Both the position numbers and the translations under genes were made by a program. Of a stretch of DNA of 64,000 nucleotides, positions 9,990 to 21,440 are shown piece by piece. Numbering within the stretch: the first letter of the stretch is position 1; every line of letters starts with the position of its first letter. The stretch comes from Corallochytrium limacisporum Hawaii (taxonomy: Eukaryota > Protista > Pluriformea). The stretch covers positions 1-64,000 of the forward strand of contig PDIP01000258.1 of the NCBI GenBank assembly GCA_002811645.1, in the 5' to 3' direction. The notes below the pieces were generated by a model. The model ran no database searches and was not told the DNA's origin. It saw nothing but the letters and a program-made list of their open reading frames with translations.

Positions 9990-11948
9990 CTACTTAGCAC
10001 GACGCTTGGATTTGGCATGGTCCTCTTTTGCCTTGCGCTTGCTCTCGGGTCCTGTGCCTCGCAAGCGAAAAAGGTGCACAAGTTGATCATCAACGAGCTC
10101 CAGCAGCGGATCGTCGCCCTTACAGTGCTGATGCAGCACACGGTTCAAAGTTTGAGACGGCGTCGGCGCATTTGACGGAATAAAGACACCGTGCTTGCGG
10201 ATCTCTGCCATGATCTCTTCACATCGGAGCAGCTTGCCGCGGTTCTCTGGCATTTCCAGCACAAGTTTCACCGCGTCGATGAATTTGTGGCTGCGGCGTC
10301 CGATAAAATTATAGGACAGATATTGCGTGTGGTACTCATCGCAAAAGGCAAAGTGCAGCGTTGTGTCCTCCCAGTGCACGTCGGAGAGTCGGACTCCACG
10401 CTTCTTCAAGCGGAATTTGGTGTTCTTGACCACTCGGAAGAGATGGTGGAAGCCACCGTCGAGACCCCGGGTCTTCTTCACACGCGCCAGCTGGCCTATC
10501 GTGACTTCAGTGATCCAATTCTCAGTGTTCTCCGCTCCCAGGAAGACAAAGTAGTTGCCATTCCAGCATTGAATACGGGCCGCATTTGGGTCTGAGGACA
10601 GGGGCATGCCGAGCTCACAGCCGGAGCATGTTAGGACCTGTGGTTGCTCATCGTGGGGCAGGAGTGTGATAATCATGCGTGTATCGGCACCTTCTCGACC
10701 TGCAGCACCTGGAGGCATGGCTTCGACCACGATACCACGCTCGCGGCACTCCGGTCCGTTGATCTGTCCATGGACGTTTGGATACGCTGCGTACGATGGC
10801 AGGAGACGTGCGTAGGAACACCATGAAAAGTCATAGGACTTGTCAACGATCTCCTTGCCGTAGTCCTTCCAGAAATGAACGGAAGTATGTGTTCCACTTA
10901 CCAGGATAAGGGTGTGATTAAATGTCACTTGGACCGACAGCTCACCGTCTGGACCCCAGTCACTGGGCAGTTGCAGAAACGTCGTTGGAAGGATCCATTG
11001 CTCCTTCATATTCATGCGAAAGAAAGTGAGACGTAACTCGGCCGGGTCCACCAGCGCAAACACTTCAACATCTTGCGCATGCAAGCTGTCCCGAGTATCC
11101 AAGTTGACGACTACCTTGCACGTCCCACTATGGACAAAATCAGATACGAACCAGTCTTTAGGCTTCACTTCACTCATGAATGACATGACGTCTTTCTGGG
11201 ACATGTCCCTCAACTTCTTGGGCCAGGCGACGGCAGCGATACGATGCTTCATGTCGTTGATCAGCAGCAGACCACTGCCAAAAGTATGACCTTGCCAACG
11301 GTCCGCTGAATCGTGTGTCAGCGGCATGTCGATCACCACACTATTCCCGGACTGATACCGTGGATATAAACGCATGCTACCATCCTCTCCATCCTGCCAA
11401 ACCAAGCGTAAGTTACAGTGACGAAGTGGAAGGTTCATGAATCGTCGGGGTTGTTCCGTTCCGTCGTACATGTGATCCTTGGTCTGAACAAAGCGTCCAT
11501 TTTCCACGGCTTCCGTAAAGCGACAGAAGCGTAGGTATTCCTGAATCCCGTTGGTGGGCGGATCACCTTTGTACTGGCTCGTGCAGAGCTCCTCTTGATT
11601 ATCTTCCGAAAGTCCGTTCATGTGCCGACCCATGCACGTTTGGCACCTTCCCCAGTCAGCCCGCCAGATCGAAAACCCTTCATCAAGCACTGTCTTATCC
11701 CAAAGCCGTTGGCCCAGCAGAATCTTGCGAAATCTACGGCACACATGGCTGCAAGTGACAAGATCCTTGCCATCCAAATTTCCAAAGATCTGCAAAAGGA
11801 GCTCATCCGGCAAGTTGAGGTACACCTCCATTTGTCCTTCCTTGTGACCAACCTCGTCATAGGTTTGCATGCGCATGACAGCCTTCTGGGCCGCTCGTCT
11901 ACTAGGCCGTTGCGAAGCCATGTTGTTTGTCATGTCCTTGATCGGCAT
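9990..11948 (-). CDS. F-box protein with C-terminal HARE-HTH (ASXL N-terminal-like winged helix)
   Basis: F-box LNLPDELLLQIFGNLDGKDLVTCSHVCRRFRKIL..LW; C-terminal FIDAVKLVLE..LLRCEEIMAEIRKHGV..TPSQTLNRVLHQHCK..LFRL; basic tail. Confidence 0.8.
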   Translation of the reverse strand: MPIKDMTNNMASQRPSRRAAQKAVMRMQTYDEVGHKEGQMEVYLNLPDELLLQIFGNLDGKDLVTCSHVCRRFRKILLGQRLWDKTVLDEGFSIWRADWGRCQTCMGRHMNGLSEDNQEELCTSQYKGDPPTNGIQEYLRFCRFTEAVENGRFVQTKDHMYDGTEQPRRFMNLPLRHCNLRLVWQDGEDGSMRLYPRYQSGNSVVIDMPLTHDSADRWQGHTFGSGLLLINDMKHRIAAVAWPKKLRDMSQKDVMSFMSEVKPKDWFVSDFVHSGTCKVVVNLDTRDSLHAQDVEVFALVDPAELRLTFFRMNMKEQWILPTTFLQLPSDWGPDGELSVQVTFNHTLILVSGTHTSVHFWKDYGKEIVDKSYDFSWCSYARLLPSYAAYPNVHGQINGPECRERGIVVEAMPPGAAGREGADTRMIITLLPHDEQPQVLTCSGCELGMPLSSDPNAARIQCWNGNYFVFLGAENTENWITEVTIGQLARVKKTRGLDGGFHHLFRVVKNTKFRLKKRGVRLSDVHWEDTTLHFAFCDEYHTQYLSYNFIGRRSHKFIDAVKLVLEMPENRGKLLRCEEIMAEIRKHGVFIPSNAPTPSQTLNRVLHQHCKGDDPLLELVDDQLVHLFRLRGTGPESKRKAKEDHAKSKRRAK

Positions 11949-12760
11949 TGTGTACAGACTCCGTTGAACAAAAGGGAGACCACCTTCTTCTTCACATCCC
12001 TCTCAAGACACACTGGGCCGTTGGTGCCCAGACTTAAGTAAGAAATGTCTTGGCTGCAGCCAGTGACTGGACATATAGTGTAGCCAGAAAGCATATATGT
12101 ATCACACCGTTCCCATGTTCAGGTACCTTCAGATGTTCCGAAAAGCTCACCACCCGCGTGCAGCGCAAGTGAAGGTCTCAATGAGGCTCCCCAGGCCCGG
12201 AGACTCCTTGGCTCGTCGCCCGTTTTCTTTCGCGCCGAAAAAGTGGGGGCCAATTGTGCTCCCCCTCAGCCCCAACCTCCCCTATCCAGCCCCCTTAGTG
12301 ATACTATCGTAGTTTTTTAAGTCGTAAAAAACTAATACCTCATGGGGGCCTATTTATCTTTCGTATCGCAGGAAAGGGTGCCAGGCTCCATTTGCTCGGT
12401 CTTGGCTGGTGCAGGAGGATGAGAGCACGGACCAGGACTGCCGCCCCACGCAGTGCCAAGCGGAGGCACACCGCCCATCTGCGTGTGGCAAAAGGCGGGT
12501 TAGATCGGGTGGGACTGCACAAGTACACCTGTTCTTAGCAGAATGTCGCACTGATTGTCTTGGTTCTTTGACCATAAAAAGCGCTCTATGGGCGCAAAGC
12601 TTTGGGTCTACTGCCAGAAAACTTGCTCAAGGATTTGGTTGGTCATCGGGCGACCGCTGAGGTACATGAGAATAAATATCCTTCTGTATGTGTTGTAAGA
12701 TCGACCGGATCTGTACAATGAAAATTACTACATAGTATATACCTTGCCAAAGTACTCATC

Positions 12761-14266
12761 ATGAGTGGCTCGGAGTATATTGAAAAGGTGGGAGACTGCA
12801 CCTGGCGGATCAAGAAGGGATTCGTACCGAACATGCGGGTAGAAGGTCGCTTCTATGTCGATGAGGAGCTCGAGAAGCTGGTCTTTGGTGAGCTCACTGC
12901 CAGTCGCATGGGACAGAAGGTCGGTGGATTCATCCCTGCCGTCCAACAGATTGCCAACGTCGCAGCCCTGCCCGGAATCGTGGGACATTCCGTGGGACTG
13001 CCGGATGTGCATTCGGGATACGGATTTGCGATTGGCAACACAGCCGCGTTCGACATGGCAGATCCGGAAGCGGTAGTCAGTCCTGGAGGCGTAGGCTTTG
13101 ATATAAATTGTGGTGTGCGCCTGTTGCGTACCAATCTATTCGAGAAGGATGTCCGGCCAGTTCAGGATAAGCTTGCACAGGAATTATTCAATCAGATTCC
13201 GGTCGGTGTGGGATCCCGTGGCGTGATCCCTATGAAAGCAAAGGACCTGGACGATGCGCTTGAGATGGGAATGGACTGGAGTCTGCGCCAGGGTTACGCG
13301 TGGGCTGAGGACAAGGAGCATTGTGAAGAATACGGACGGATGCTGCAAGCCGACCCAGACAAGGTCAGCGCCCGTGCAAAGAAGCGTGGTGTACCACAGT
13401 TGGGCACCCTGGGCGCCGGCAACCACTACGCAGAGGTGCAGATTGTGGACAAGATCTACAACAAGAGCCATGCCAGTGCTATGGGATTGGAAGAAGAAGG
13501 TCAGGTGGTGGTCATGATTCACTCTGGATCCCGCGGATTGGGTCATCAAGTTGCCACAGACGCTTTGCAGACCATGGAGTCAGTCATGAAGCGCGACAAC
13601 ATCCAGGTCAACGACCGACAACTTGCCTGTGCGCGCATCCACAGCCAGGAAGGTCAGGACTACCTCGCTGGTATGGCCGCTGCCGCCAACTTTGCTTGGG
13701 TAAACCGCAGCACCATGACATTTCTGGCCCGCCGTGCCTTCACCAAAGCCTTCGGTGCAGACAGTGCGGATGACCTGGACATGCAAGTAATTTACGACGT
13801 CAGTCACAACATTGCAAAGATTGAGGAGCACATGGTGGACGGCAAGCCCAAGACGCTCCTGGTCCATCGGAAGGGTTCGACGCGTGCCTTCCCACCTCAT
13901 CATCCACTAATTCCTGTAGATTACCAACTCTCCGGCCAGCCTGTGCTGGTCGGCGGCACCATGGGTACTGCATCGTACGTCCTTATGGGCACGGACAAGG
14001 GCATGCTAAACTCCTTCGGCAGCACCTGCCACGGTGCTGGACGCGCTCAATCGCGTGCCAAGACGCGAAAGAATCTAGGTTATGAGGATGTCTTGAACGC
14101 CCTCAAACAGAAGAATATTTCAATCCGCGTTGCCAGTCCTAAGCTGGTTATGGAAGAGGCACCCGAGGCATACAAGGATGTTGATAGTGTGGTGGAGACG
14201 TGCCATCGCACAGGCATTAGTTCGAAGGCAGTCCGTTTACGCCCAGTGGCTGTGATAAAGGGATAA
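12761..14266 (+). CDS. RTCB: RNA-splicing ligase RtcB
   Basis: [82 protein letters not shown]; metazoan-type sequence. Confidence 0.97.
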   Translation: MSGSEYIEKVGDCTWRIKKGFVPNMRVEGRFYVDEELEKLVFGELTASRMGQKVGGFIPAVQQIANVAALPGIVGHSVGLPDVHSGYGFAIGNTAAFDMADPEAVVSPGGVGFDINCGVRLLRTNLFEKDVRPVQDKLAQELFNQIPVGVGSRGVIPMKAKDLDDALEMGMDWSLRQGYAWAEDKEHCEEYGRMLQADPDKVSARAKKRGVPQLGTLGAGNHYAEVQIVDKIYNKSHASAMGLEEEGQVVVMIHSGSRGLGHQVATDALQTMESVMKRDNIQVNDRQLACARIHSQEGQDYLAGMAAAANFAWVNRSTMTFLARRAFTKAFGADSADDLDMQVIYDVSHNIAKIEEHMVDGKPKTLLVHRKGSTRAFPPHHPLIPVDYQLSGQPVLVGGTMGTASYVLMGTDKGMLNSFGSTCHGAGRAQSRAKTRKNLGYEDVLNALKQKNISIRVASPKLVMEEAPEAYKDVDSVVETCHRTGISSKAVRLRPVAVIKG

Positions 14267-14462
14267 TTCGCGCTCACTCTGTATCAGTAGTTAAGTTGTA
14301 GAGCTGACCATAGATTCTTCGTTATGGATTGTTTATATGCCAGGTAAATGATCCTGGTTGAATGTATTTGACAATAGTATTAGCATTTCATTCCATGATG
14401 AGTATATGTGTGTGCCATGCGTTGAAACTTTTTTAGTTCATAGGATCTTGATTTTCCTTTCC

Positions 14463-15113
14463 TTAACGGTCACCTGAATCTCCCCCATGGTCGTCACCGT
14501 CCCCTCCGTTAGGATCCGGTCGAATGCCATTGCCGCTGTCCCGACCAATGCCGTAGGCGTACTTCAAGTATTCTGCATCCTCAGACGCTGCCGGTATGGC
14601 AGCCCAGAGCAAGGGCTTCTGTGATGCATCGTCCACATAGCGATCAACGGCGTAAATGTAGTCAGCATGGAACATCCAGAAATGGCCATTGTTGCAGCTC
14701 TCTAGGCACTTGCCGCACGGCCGGGTGACATGATACCCGACAGCATTACCACAACACAGGCAAGCGACATCGCGGATTTTGCACATACAATTGTTGGTCA
14801 TGTAATCACTGTCCACCAGAGAGACCGTCTGTACTGGTGGGAGATCCGTGGAGTACAGCTCGACGTGTGTATCTGCCAAAAGAACAGCCCGCATTCCACG
14901 GCAGCACACGACATGATCGCAGTACCGACAGTAGAGCCGTGCCACGACCTTTTGGCTAAACTCACGACTAGCTGTCTGTTGAGGGCTCATGTCTTCTTCG
15001 TCGTCTGTAAAGTCAGAATCCTCACCGTTGGCCCAGTCCTCGTCCGAATCCGGTGCTGAAGACTCCCTCGAAACCTGGCGGCTTGTTCGCCGCTGTGGTC
15101 CACGGGGTGCCAT
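14463..15113 (-). CDS. FAM72: FAM72-family Cys-rich protein
   Basis: RGMRAVLLADTHVELYSTDLPP..CKIRDVACLCCGNAVGYHVTRPC..CLESCNNGHFWMFH matches the FAM72A pattern as I recall it. Confidence 0.9.
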   Translation of the reverse strand: MAPRGPQRRTSRQVSRESSAPDSDEDWANGEDSDFTDDEEDMSPQQTASREFSQKVVARLYCRYCDHVVCCRGMRAVLLADTHVELYSTDLPPVQTVSLVDSDYMTNNCMCKIRDVACLCCGNAVGYHVTRPCGKCLESCNNGHFWMFHADYIYAVDRYVDDASQKPLLWAAIPAASEDAEYLKYAYGIGRDSGNGIRPDPNGGDGDDHGGDSGDR

Positions 15114-17652
15114 TTTGGGGGTTTCAAGTGTTGCACCTGACTGTACTTTGTTGCCTTAACTCGCTTATTTATCGTTACCGGCCCAGTTCTGTCCAGCGAC
15201 AAATGAAACTTCAAATTGAATCACGACTCCATGGTTCTCGTTGTTGCACTCACTGTTCGCCTTTTCCTCTATCCGCTTCATTTCACTGTACTTGTAGAAC
15301 GTCTGACCTACTGCAACGGTAAGCCTGACATGAAAGATCCTTAAATAACAGGGAAAGAGTGGCCATTTTCACGTCCACTTAATAATTAAAGCCACTACGA
15401 GTGTGTACTGCCCTGCCTGCCAGTGCGGACTCCTCTCTGACCTCCTCGCAAGCGTTTGTTGTCAGCCCCCCCCCATCTGTCCGCTGCAGAATTTTGTTCT
15501 CGACTTCAAAGGGCCCCGATTCCATCAGAAGTTTTTCTTTCCTCTTCTGCGTGTCTCCCCTGCCTGGTGAGTGCGGTAAGCGTGTGTGTGTGTGTGGGGG
15601 GGGGGGGGGCGGTTTGCAATCCAAAAGAACGGGTGTGTCTTTGGTGCAGGTGTGTTTGGGGAGTGTGAACGCTGGTACCTCGTAGGGACCGAAAGCCTTT
15701 GGCTGGTCGAGAGTGCGGAAGAGACAAAGCCGACCCCGACATCATCCAGAAACACACACACACACGTAGATCATCTTATGTATGGACATGTAGTTGATAC
15801 TTTCCCAAGCCCGTATATCCGCCCGGGTTCTCAAATCATCATCATGCATGTTACACAGAGCCACAGGAAACTTTTCGGGCGATGTTAGCGATGCCGTGTG
15901 ATGTGTGATGGAGCAATCGGACCCTAAATGTGGAGGCCAAGCGGGTCACGGGGGAGGCTTCCGTACCTTATAGGCCCAGAACCCAAGCAAGAATTGGCCA
16001 ACTGGCAGAGAGCGTAGGGTGCCTAATGGGTGGAGAATTTTGATTTTGTGGCGGACCTGGTCCTCCGCCCCGAGGTGGACGGGTTGGTTGGGAAAGAAAC
16101 ACGAAGATTTACCCGCTAACCTTGCCGTACCTGCAGTATGGCGCAGTTGACGCCCCGGGGGGGGGGCTCACGATCGTGGTGCGTGAAGGGTATTACGGAG
16201 CCCACCGGGAAAGGAAAAAGTTGATGAGTGCCCGAGAATTCCGCTCGGTACTTAATGTACTGGCAAACCAAGGAGGTGATAAGAGCAAGGAAGCCAGGAG
16301 CCTGAAACCCTCACCGTTGGTGGCAGCAGGACGAGGAAAAGTCTTTGGCACCGACCGAGGTAGTAGAAGAAGACGATGGGAACCGTAAGGGAGGGGGGAG
16401 GGGGTTCGTTCTTTCTGCTGGTCCACCTCCCCCACTGAAATAAAAAAATGTTGAAACGTTTAGGGGCCGGGGAAAACCAGGTGGCCCGTTTCGACGTCCC
16501 TTGTGTTGCGGTGGTAGTGGGCCACTAGGTCAGGGTCAGTACGGCAACTCGCCCACCTTGCCCCTGCAAACCCCATTTTTTTAAAAAAAAGGAAAAGAAA
16601 ATCTTTCCCGTTTCTTCTCCGTTTCCCCGAGCAAAATTCAAAGAAACGAGCAGCCCACATCCCCGGGGCCCGGGGTAAAAAAAGGACTGGATTAAATAGA
16701 TCCCCAATTATAGATTCGAGTATTGGAAATATTTCTCGACCGATAATGTTCGGGCCGGTGACCCCACCCAGCCCTTCGGTTCCCAGGTTCTGCGGTCTGC
16801 CTACACCCCCCCCCCACCCTGCCATTTTCATATTTTTATTTTGTGCGACGGTGTTGTTATATTCGACTCCCAATGCCAGTTCTACGTCTATGGATTACTT
16901 TTTTTTCTCTGGTTTTTATTTTAATCCATTATTTATTTTTGGTTCGAAAAGTGAAACCGCCGCTCTCCCAGTTCATTCTCACACTCGTCCTCAGCCACCA
17001 GGAAATACCCTTAGGAAATCCAACGCCGCGCGAGATGCGGCAAGAAAAGCGTTCCCCCCCCCTCCCGGGGAAGGGGGGAGGGGGGCTGGTTCCGGTCCAT
17101 TCGTTCGCTCTTGGCCGTTTCATCCATAGTGCCAGGCCAGTTTGACCAGAAAACCTGGGTCATGAAGATATATACGATGCTGTTCCACGATCAGTATCGT
17201 GCGCACTGAAGCTTTCATACTGAATGTACTATGATGTCTTGGCCGTTTATGAATTTTCCGCATTCTTCTGCAGAACAAAAAACTGTGCCCAACATTAATT
17301 GGTCACAGACATCATGAATGTTCGCTACTTAGTAATTCGGTGCCCACTATGTACCACTTACGACCTCAGCGGGCGCCGAACAGGGCAATGGTAGATGTGT
17401 GCTCGAATGCCAATGGTAGGTGATTTCCTTAGAATACCGGAATGCGGCATCACCAATAAAACAGGGTGTTTAACCCACACAGAAAAAATCGGTACCCGGG
17501 TATTTTTGGCAGACCCTCTTCGGGCTCTGGGCCTGTCCCTGACCACCACTACCTGCCCATTCGTCCCTTTTTCTTTTTGTATTTGGGCTCTTTCCCTGAT
17601 TCCCCTACCCCCCCCCCCCGGGGAGGCCTCCCTTGTTCCACGCCTGCACCGC

Positions 17653-17729
17653 NNNNNNNNNNNNNNNNNNNNNNNNNNNNNNNNNNNNNNNNNNNNNNNN
17701 NNNNNNNNNNNNNNNNNNNNNNNNNNNNN
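17653..17729. other. assembly gap (N run) flanked by a duplicated ~70-bp overlap
   Basis: 17582-17652 and 17730-17801 are the same sequence except inside the C/G homopolymers. Confidence 0.9.
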
Positions 17730-20700
17730 TTTGGGCTCTTTCCCTGATTCCCCTCCCCCCCCCCCCCGGGGGGGGCCTCCCTTGTTCCACGCCTGCACCG
17801 CCCCTCCACTCCCTTGCAACACACAGCAGCGAGATCCAAGCACGGGTTTGGTGGTTCGCGGCACGAGCCAATTGAAATAGGAACACATGAACGAATGGAC
17901 CAGTAGTATTGATAGCGAGAGTTGGCAGGCAGCAGCTCAGCCACACGGACACAGTTCGCCGTAGTATACACTCATATACACACGCGACAAAGAATGTGAT
18001 GAAATGGGTGGGCTGCGGCCAGGGCCAGCAAAATTTGCAATGTGGATCCCAGACCAAGAAAATGATCGGCCGAGTGCACGCAAAGAATTTCTATATCCTC
18101 GCAGCTCATTGGACCCCCTCCAGCGCGGGTCTGGGCCGTTTTGGAAACTAACGGCGAGCTCAAATCATCCCCCCCCCCCTGCCGGCGGGGTCCCCGGTTT
18201 TTTGGTCCCCACCCCACCCCTTCTTCACCCCCCCAGTCAAAATCAACTACAAATACGGAAAAGATGGAACATCGCGCGAGCCCCAAGTGCAAAAGCAAGA
18301 AAAAAGTGAAAGGACAAAATAGACGGGAACAAACAGTATGCAGCGAACGAAGTGGGATACTTAGGATGCCAACTGCGGAAGCAAGCGCGGTGGTAGGTCC
18401 CTGCGTGCCCAGGAACTTCCTTCTCCCACCTGCCATGGGTGTGGATGCAGCAACTACTACTGATGCTCCGGTGATTGTAGGGCCTTGGAAATGGGTTTCA
18501 AACGAACTACAAAACAAAAGCACCGGAAAGAAAAAGAAGGGGGGGGGAGGAGAAGACTGCAGTGACACACCACCAAACAACATAAAAACTCACACACGGA
18601 CCATAGAGCACACGGTTTTGTAATATTCTGGGTACAAATCAACATGAGAAAACAATGGTTGGGGCTACCACCCGAATTTCCCAAAGCGCAACCGTAAAAT
18701 AACGACGACAGGATGATCGCGTGGGGAAAAGGAGGAGCGTTAAAAACCATCTTGTACAACAACCATCAGTACATTACTTATACCCAAGGGCCAGCCGTTG
18801 GAACAATAAGACGCAAAAAGTAAATGGGCGGGGTGAGAAAGATGTGAACAAGATGAGCGGGAAGGCGAATGAACGGCGGGACTGGCTTGGTACATTTTTT
18901 CCTAACGAAATACAGAAAAAATGGGGAAAAAGGGGGAAAAAGCCAAAGGAGGTAGGGGCGGTAGCACGATCGAAAGTGAACTTTATCTGGCCGGACCTCT
19001 ACATGTTTTACCTGTATTACTCTATTTCGCCTTCTGACGTGTTTCCTATGTCTGTCATACTTTTTTGTGACTGCGTGGTGGTGCTGGGAAGTGTTTCCGA
19101 TCGTTTTCCCGCTCTCTGCTCCTTTCAACCCAGCACTCCCCTCTCTCCCCCCCGGGGGGGGGGGGGGAGGTGATGCCGGCTCCCGCTCTGATCATCACAT
19201 GCACCTCAACTTTGTGTGTTGTCGATGTGGTTGCGTTATTTGCATAACATATTTCAACTACTCACGCGTGACTCCGAGGTTTACCATGGCAGCCTTGAAA
19301 AAGGGGACCAGATAGCCTCGGGTTCGCTCTTCCGTCCGTTCGTGAATATCTGGAAAGGGCGCCGTGGACACAATGGCAGATAAGCGTAGCAAGAGCGAAA
19401 CAAGGAAGAGTGATGGTAGTGTACCCAAACAAGAATTTTCTTGTTCCCAATAATGAAGTGGGACATATCTTTTATTTTCATTTTTTATGCTGTGTATATT
19501 CTCTTAGCCTGAGGGGCTTCTTCATCGTCGCGAATTCCCTCCCCCCCCCTTTTTTCGTCTTCCCCTCCAATTTCTTCGACTTCGGTTAGGCGTGTGTGTT
19601 ATTCTTTTCGATTACGTCCATGTCATGTGTAATCTACTACCATGGTCCAAGGTTTAGTTTGAGGAATCTCAGCCTGATTGTACCGAACGCCGGTGCGCCA
19701 GCCGACACGGTCGTCTGTTCACCACCAAGATCACCAGGTGACACAGTTACGTGACGTCCCAGTGATGAAATTTCTAAACTTTTACTTGCCTTTTTTTCCC
19801 TTCGATCATTTGTACGATCTGCGGCGTCCTTGGTACAAAATGTACGGAACACCGTTGCCTCCCCGCTACGCTGTCCCCTGTTTCCTCCGGCCCTGGGGCC
19901 CCGCGGTGGGGGGGGTTGTCTCTCCCGCCTCTCCCGACGTCTCGCGCATTGCCACCCCTCTGTTCTATTGATCAATGACGGAATATCTATACAAAATGTA
20001 CCGGTCTCAGGACGCGGCGGCAACCCTCCCCCCCCGGCCCTTTGCGCGTTGTCCCTTCCGTTACTTTTCTCTCCCGCCCACAAGCTGTTTTTCCATTGAG
20101 CCCTTTCGCTCTGCCGCCAGTTTCTCTGGTACTTCCGCCACCGGCGCTCCGCAGGGCTTCCTCCCCTCTCCAGTCTTTTCTCGGCCGTGGCTTTCGTTCT
20201 TTGCCACTTTCTTGCGGTTCCCTGATCCCTCTGCAGTTTGCAAAGGTAAACACAGGCTCACACTCCACGCACAAAATTTTCAGCCACCAGTCTCCACTCG
20301 CCCGAAACAGACGGGAGACCCGGAGGCAGCCAGCCAGCCAGCCATATCGCCCACCCACGCACGCAGCGCCGCCGATCCGTTAATCTCTGCGCCTGCCACC
20401 CCTTTAAGTTTTGAATCGCGGCCAGATTGGCTGGGTTTCCCCGTACACCCAGTATGGATCTCGACACCAACGGTTTCGAATTGCGCGAAACACAAAACAA
20501 TAAGGAAGGGGGGGCGGAGAAAGTGGAGGGAGTGAGGGGAGAAAAGGGGAACGAAGCGGCCGCCGAGCCCGGCTTGGTAGGGGAGGGCGGCGCCTCCAAC
20601 CTCTATGAAGGTGTGGATGGGACCAAGAGATCGGGTCCAAAGCTCGGGTGGCTGCTGCTTGGCTTTGGGTCGCGGACGGACGGCGCACCACCAACTTCTG

Positions 20701-21440
20701 TTTTTTTTTTCTATTTTTTCGGCGTTCGGTCACTATGAACCCGAACGTGCGGTCGAATGATGGATGGCTGACCCCCACCCGTGTGTGTGTGTGGCGAGGA
20801 GGCGAGAAAGAGGAGGTGGGGGTGGTGGCTGGACTTGTAGCTGTTGCTGTGCCATCTCGCAGATAACCGGGGCTCAAAGTTCGTAGAGTTTGCTACGGCA
20901 AGAAGGAAGACCTCTGAAGATGAAATGCCCCCGGCCGTCTCCTGTTTGTGCGCTCATCCCATTCAATTTTATTTTGATGGAGAATGGAGCAAATGGTTGG
21001 CGATTGACAGGCAAAAGTAGACACTATCAATAAAATGATGGTTTTGGTAGCTTCGAGTATTACCCGGCCAATACAGAATCACTCGCGAGTCTATTTCAGG
21101 ATAGACAGTTACACTGATCGTGTCACTTAAAGTTGACCAAATTCCCTATATGTTCAATTTCAATTTGGTACCTTAGAAATTTCCGGGTTGCAGAGACACT
21201 GACCGGGAGTCGCCTTTTATTAGTTTCGAATTACATCATACGAGACACAAGAACCGAATCGGTGTGACGCCTTGATACAGCTGTGTTCCAAACGAAGAAG
21301 AGGACTCAAAGAATTTCATTGCTCTAGATCGGATCTTACAGAATCTTCCAGAGAGACATGGTATAGATTGTAAAGTAGGTTTCAAAAAATCTTACAAAAA
21401 AACCTTAAAAATTTAAATAAGAGTGTAGCGGTCCAGAACA

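Noticed and set aside
17582-17801. ~70-bp direct repeat flanking an N gap (possible LTR or TSD)
   Set aside because: The copies abut the gap and differ only in homopolymers, so this is an unmerged contig overlap.
15379-20877. Numerous overlapping Pro/Gly/Phe/Lys-rich ORFs
   Set aside because: Low-complexity, probably error-prone sequence with no family motifs.
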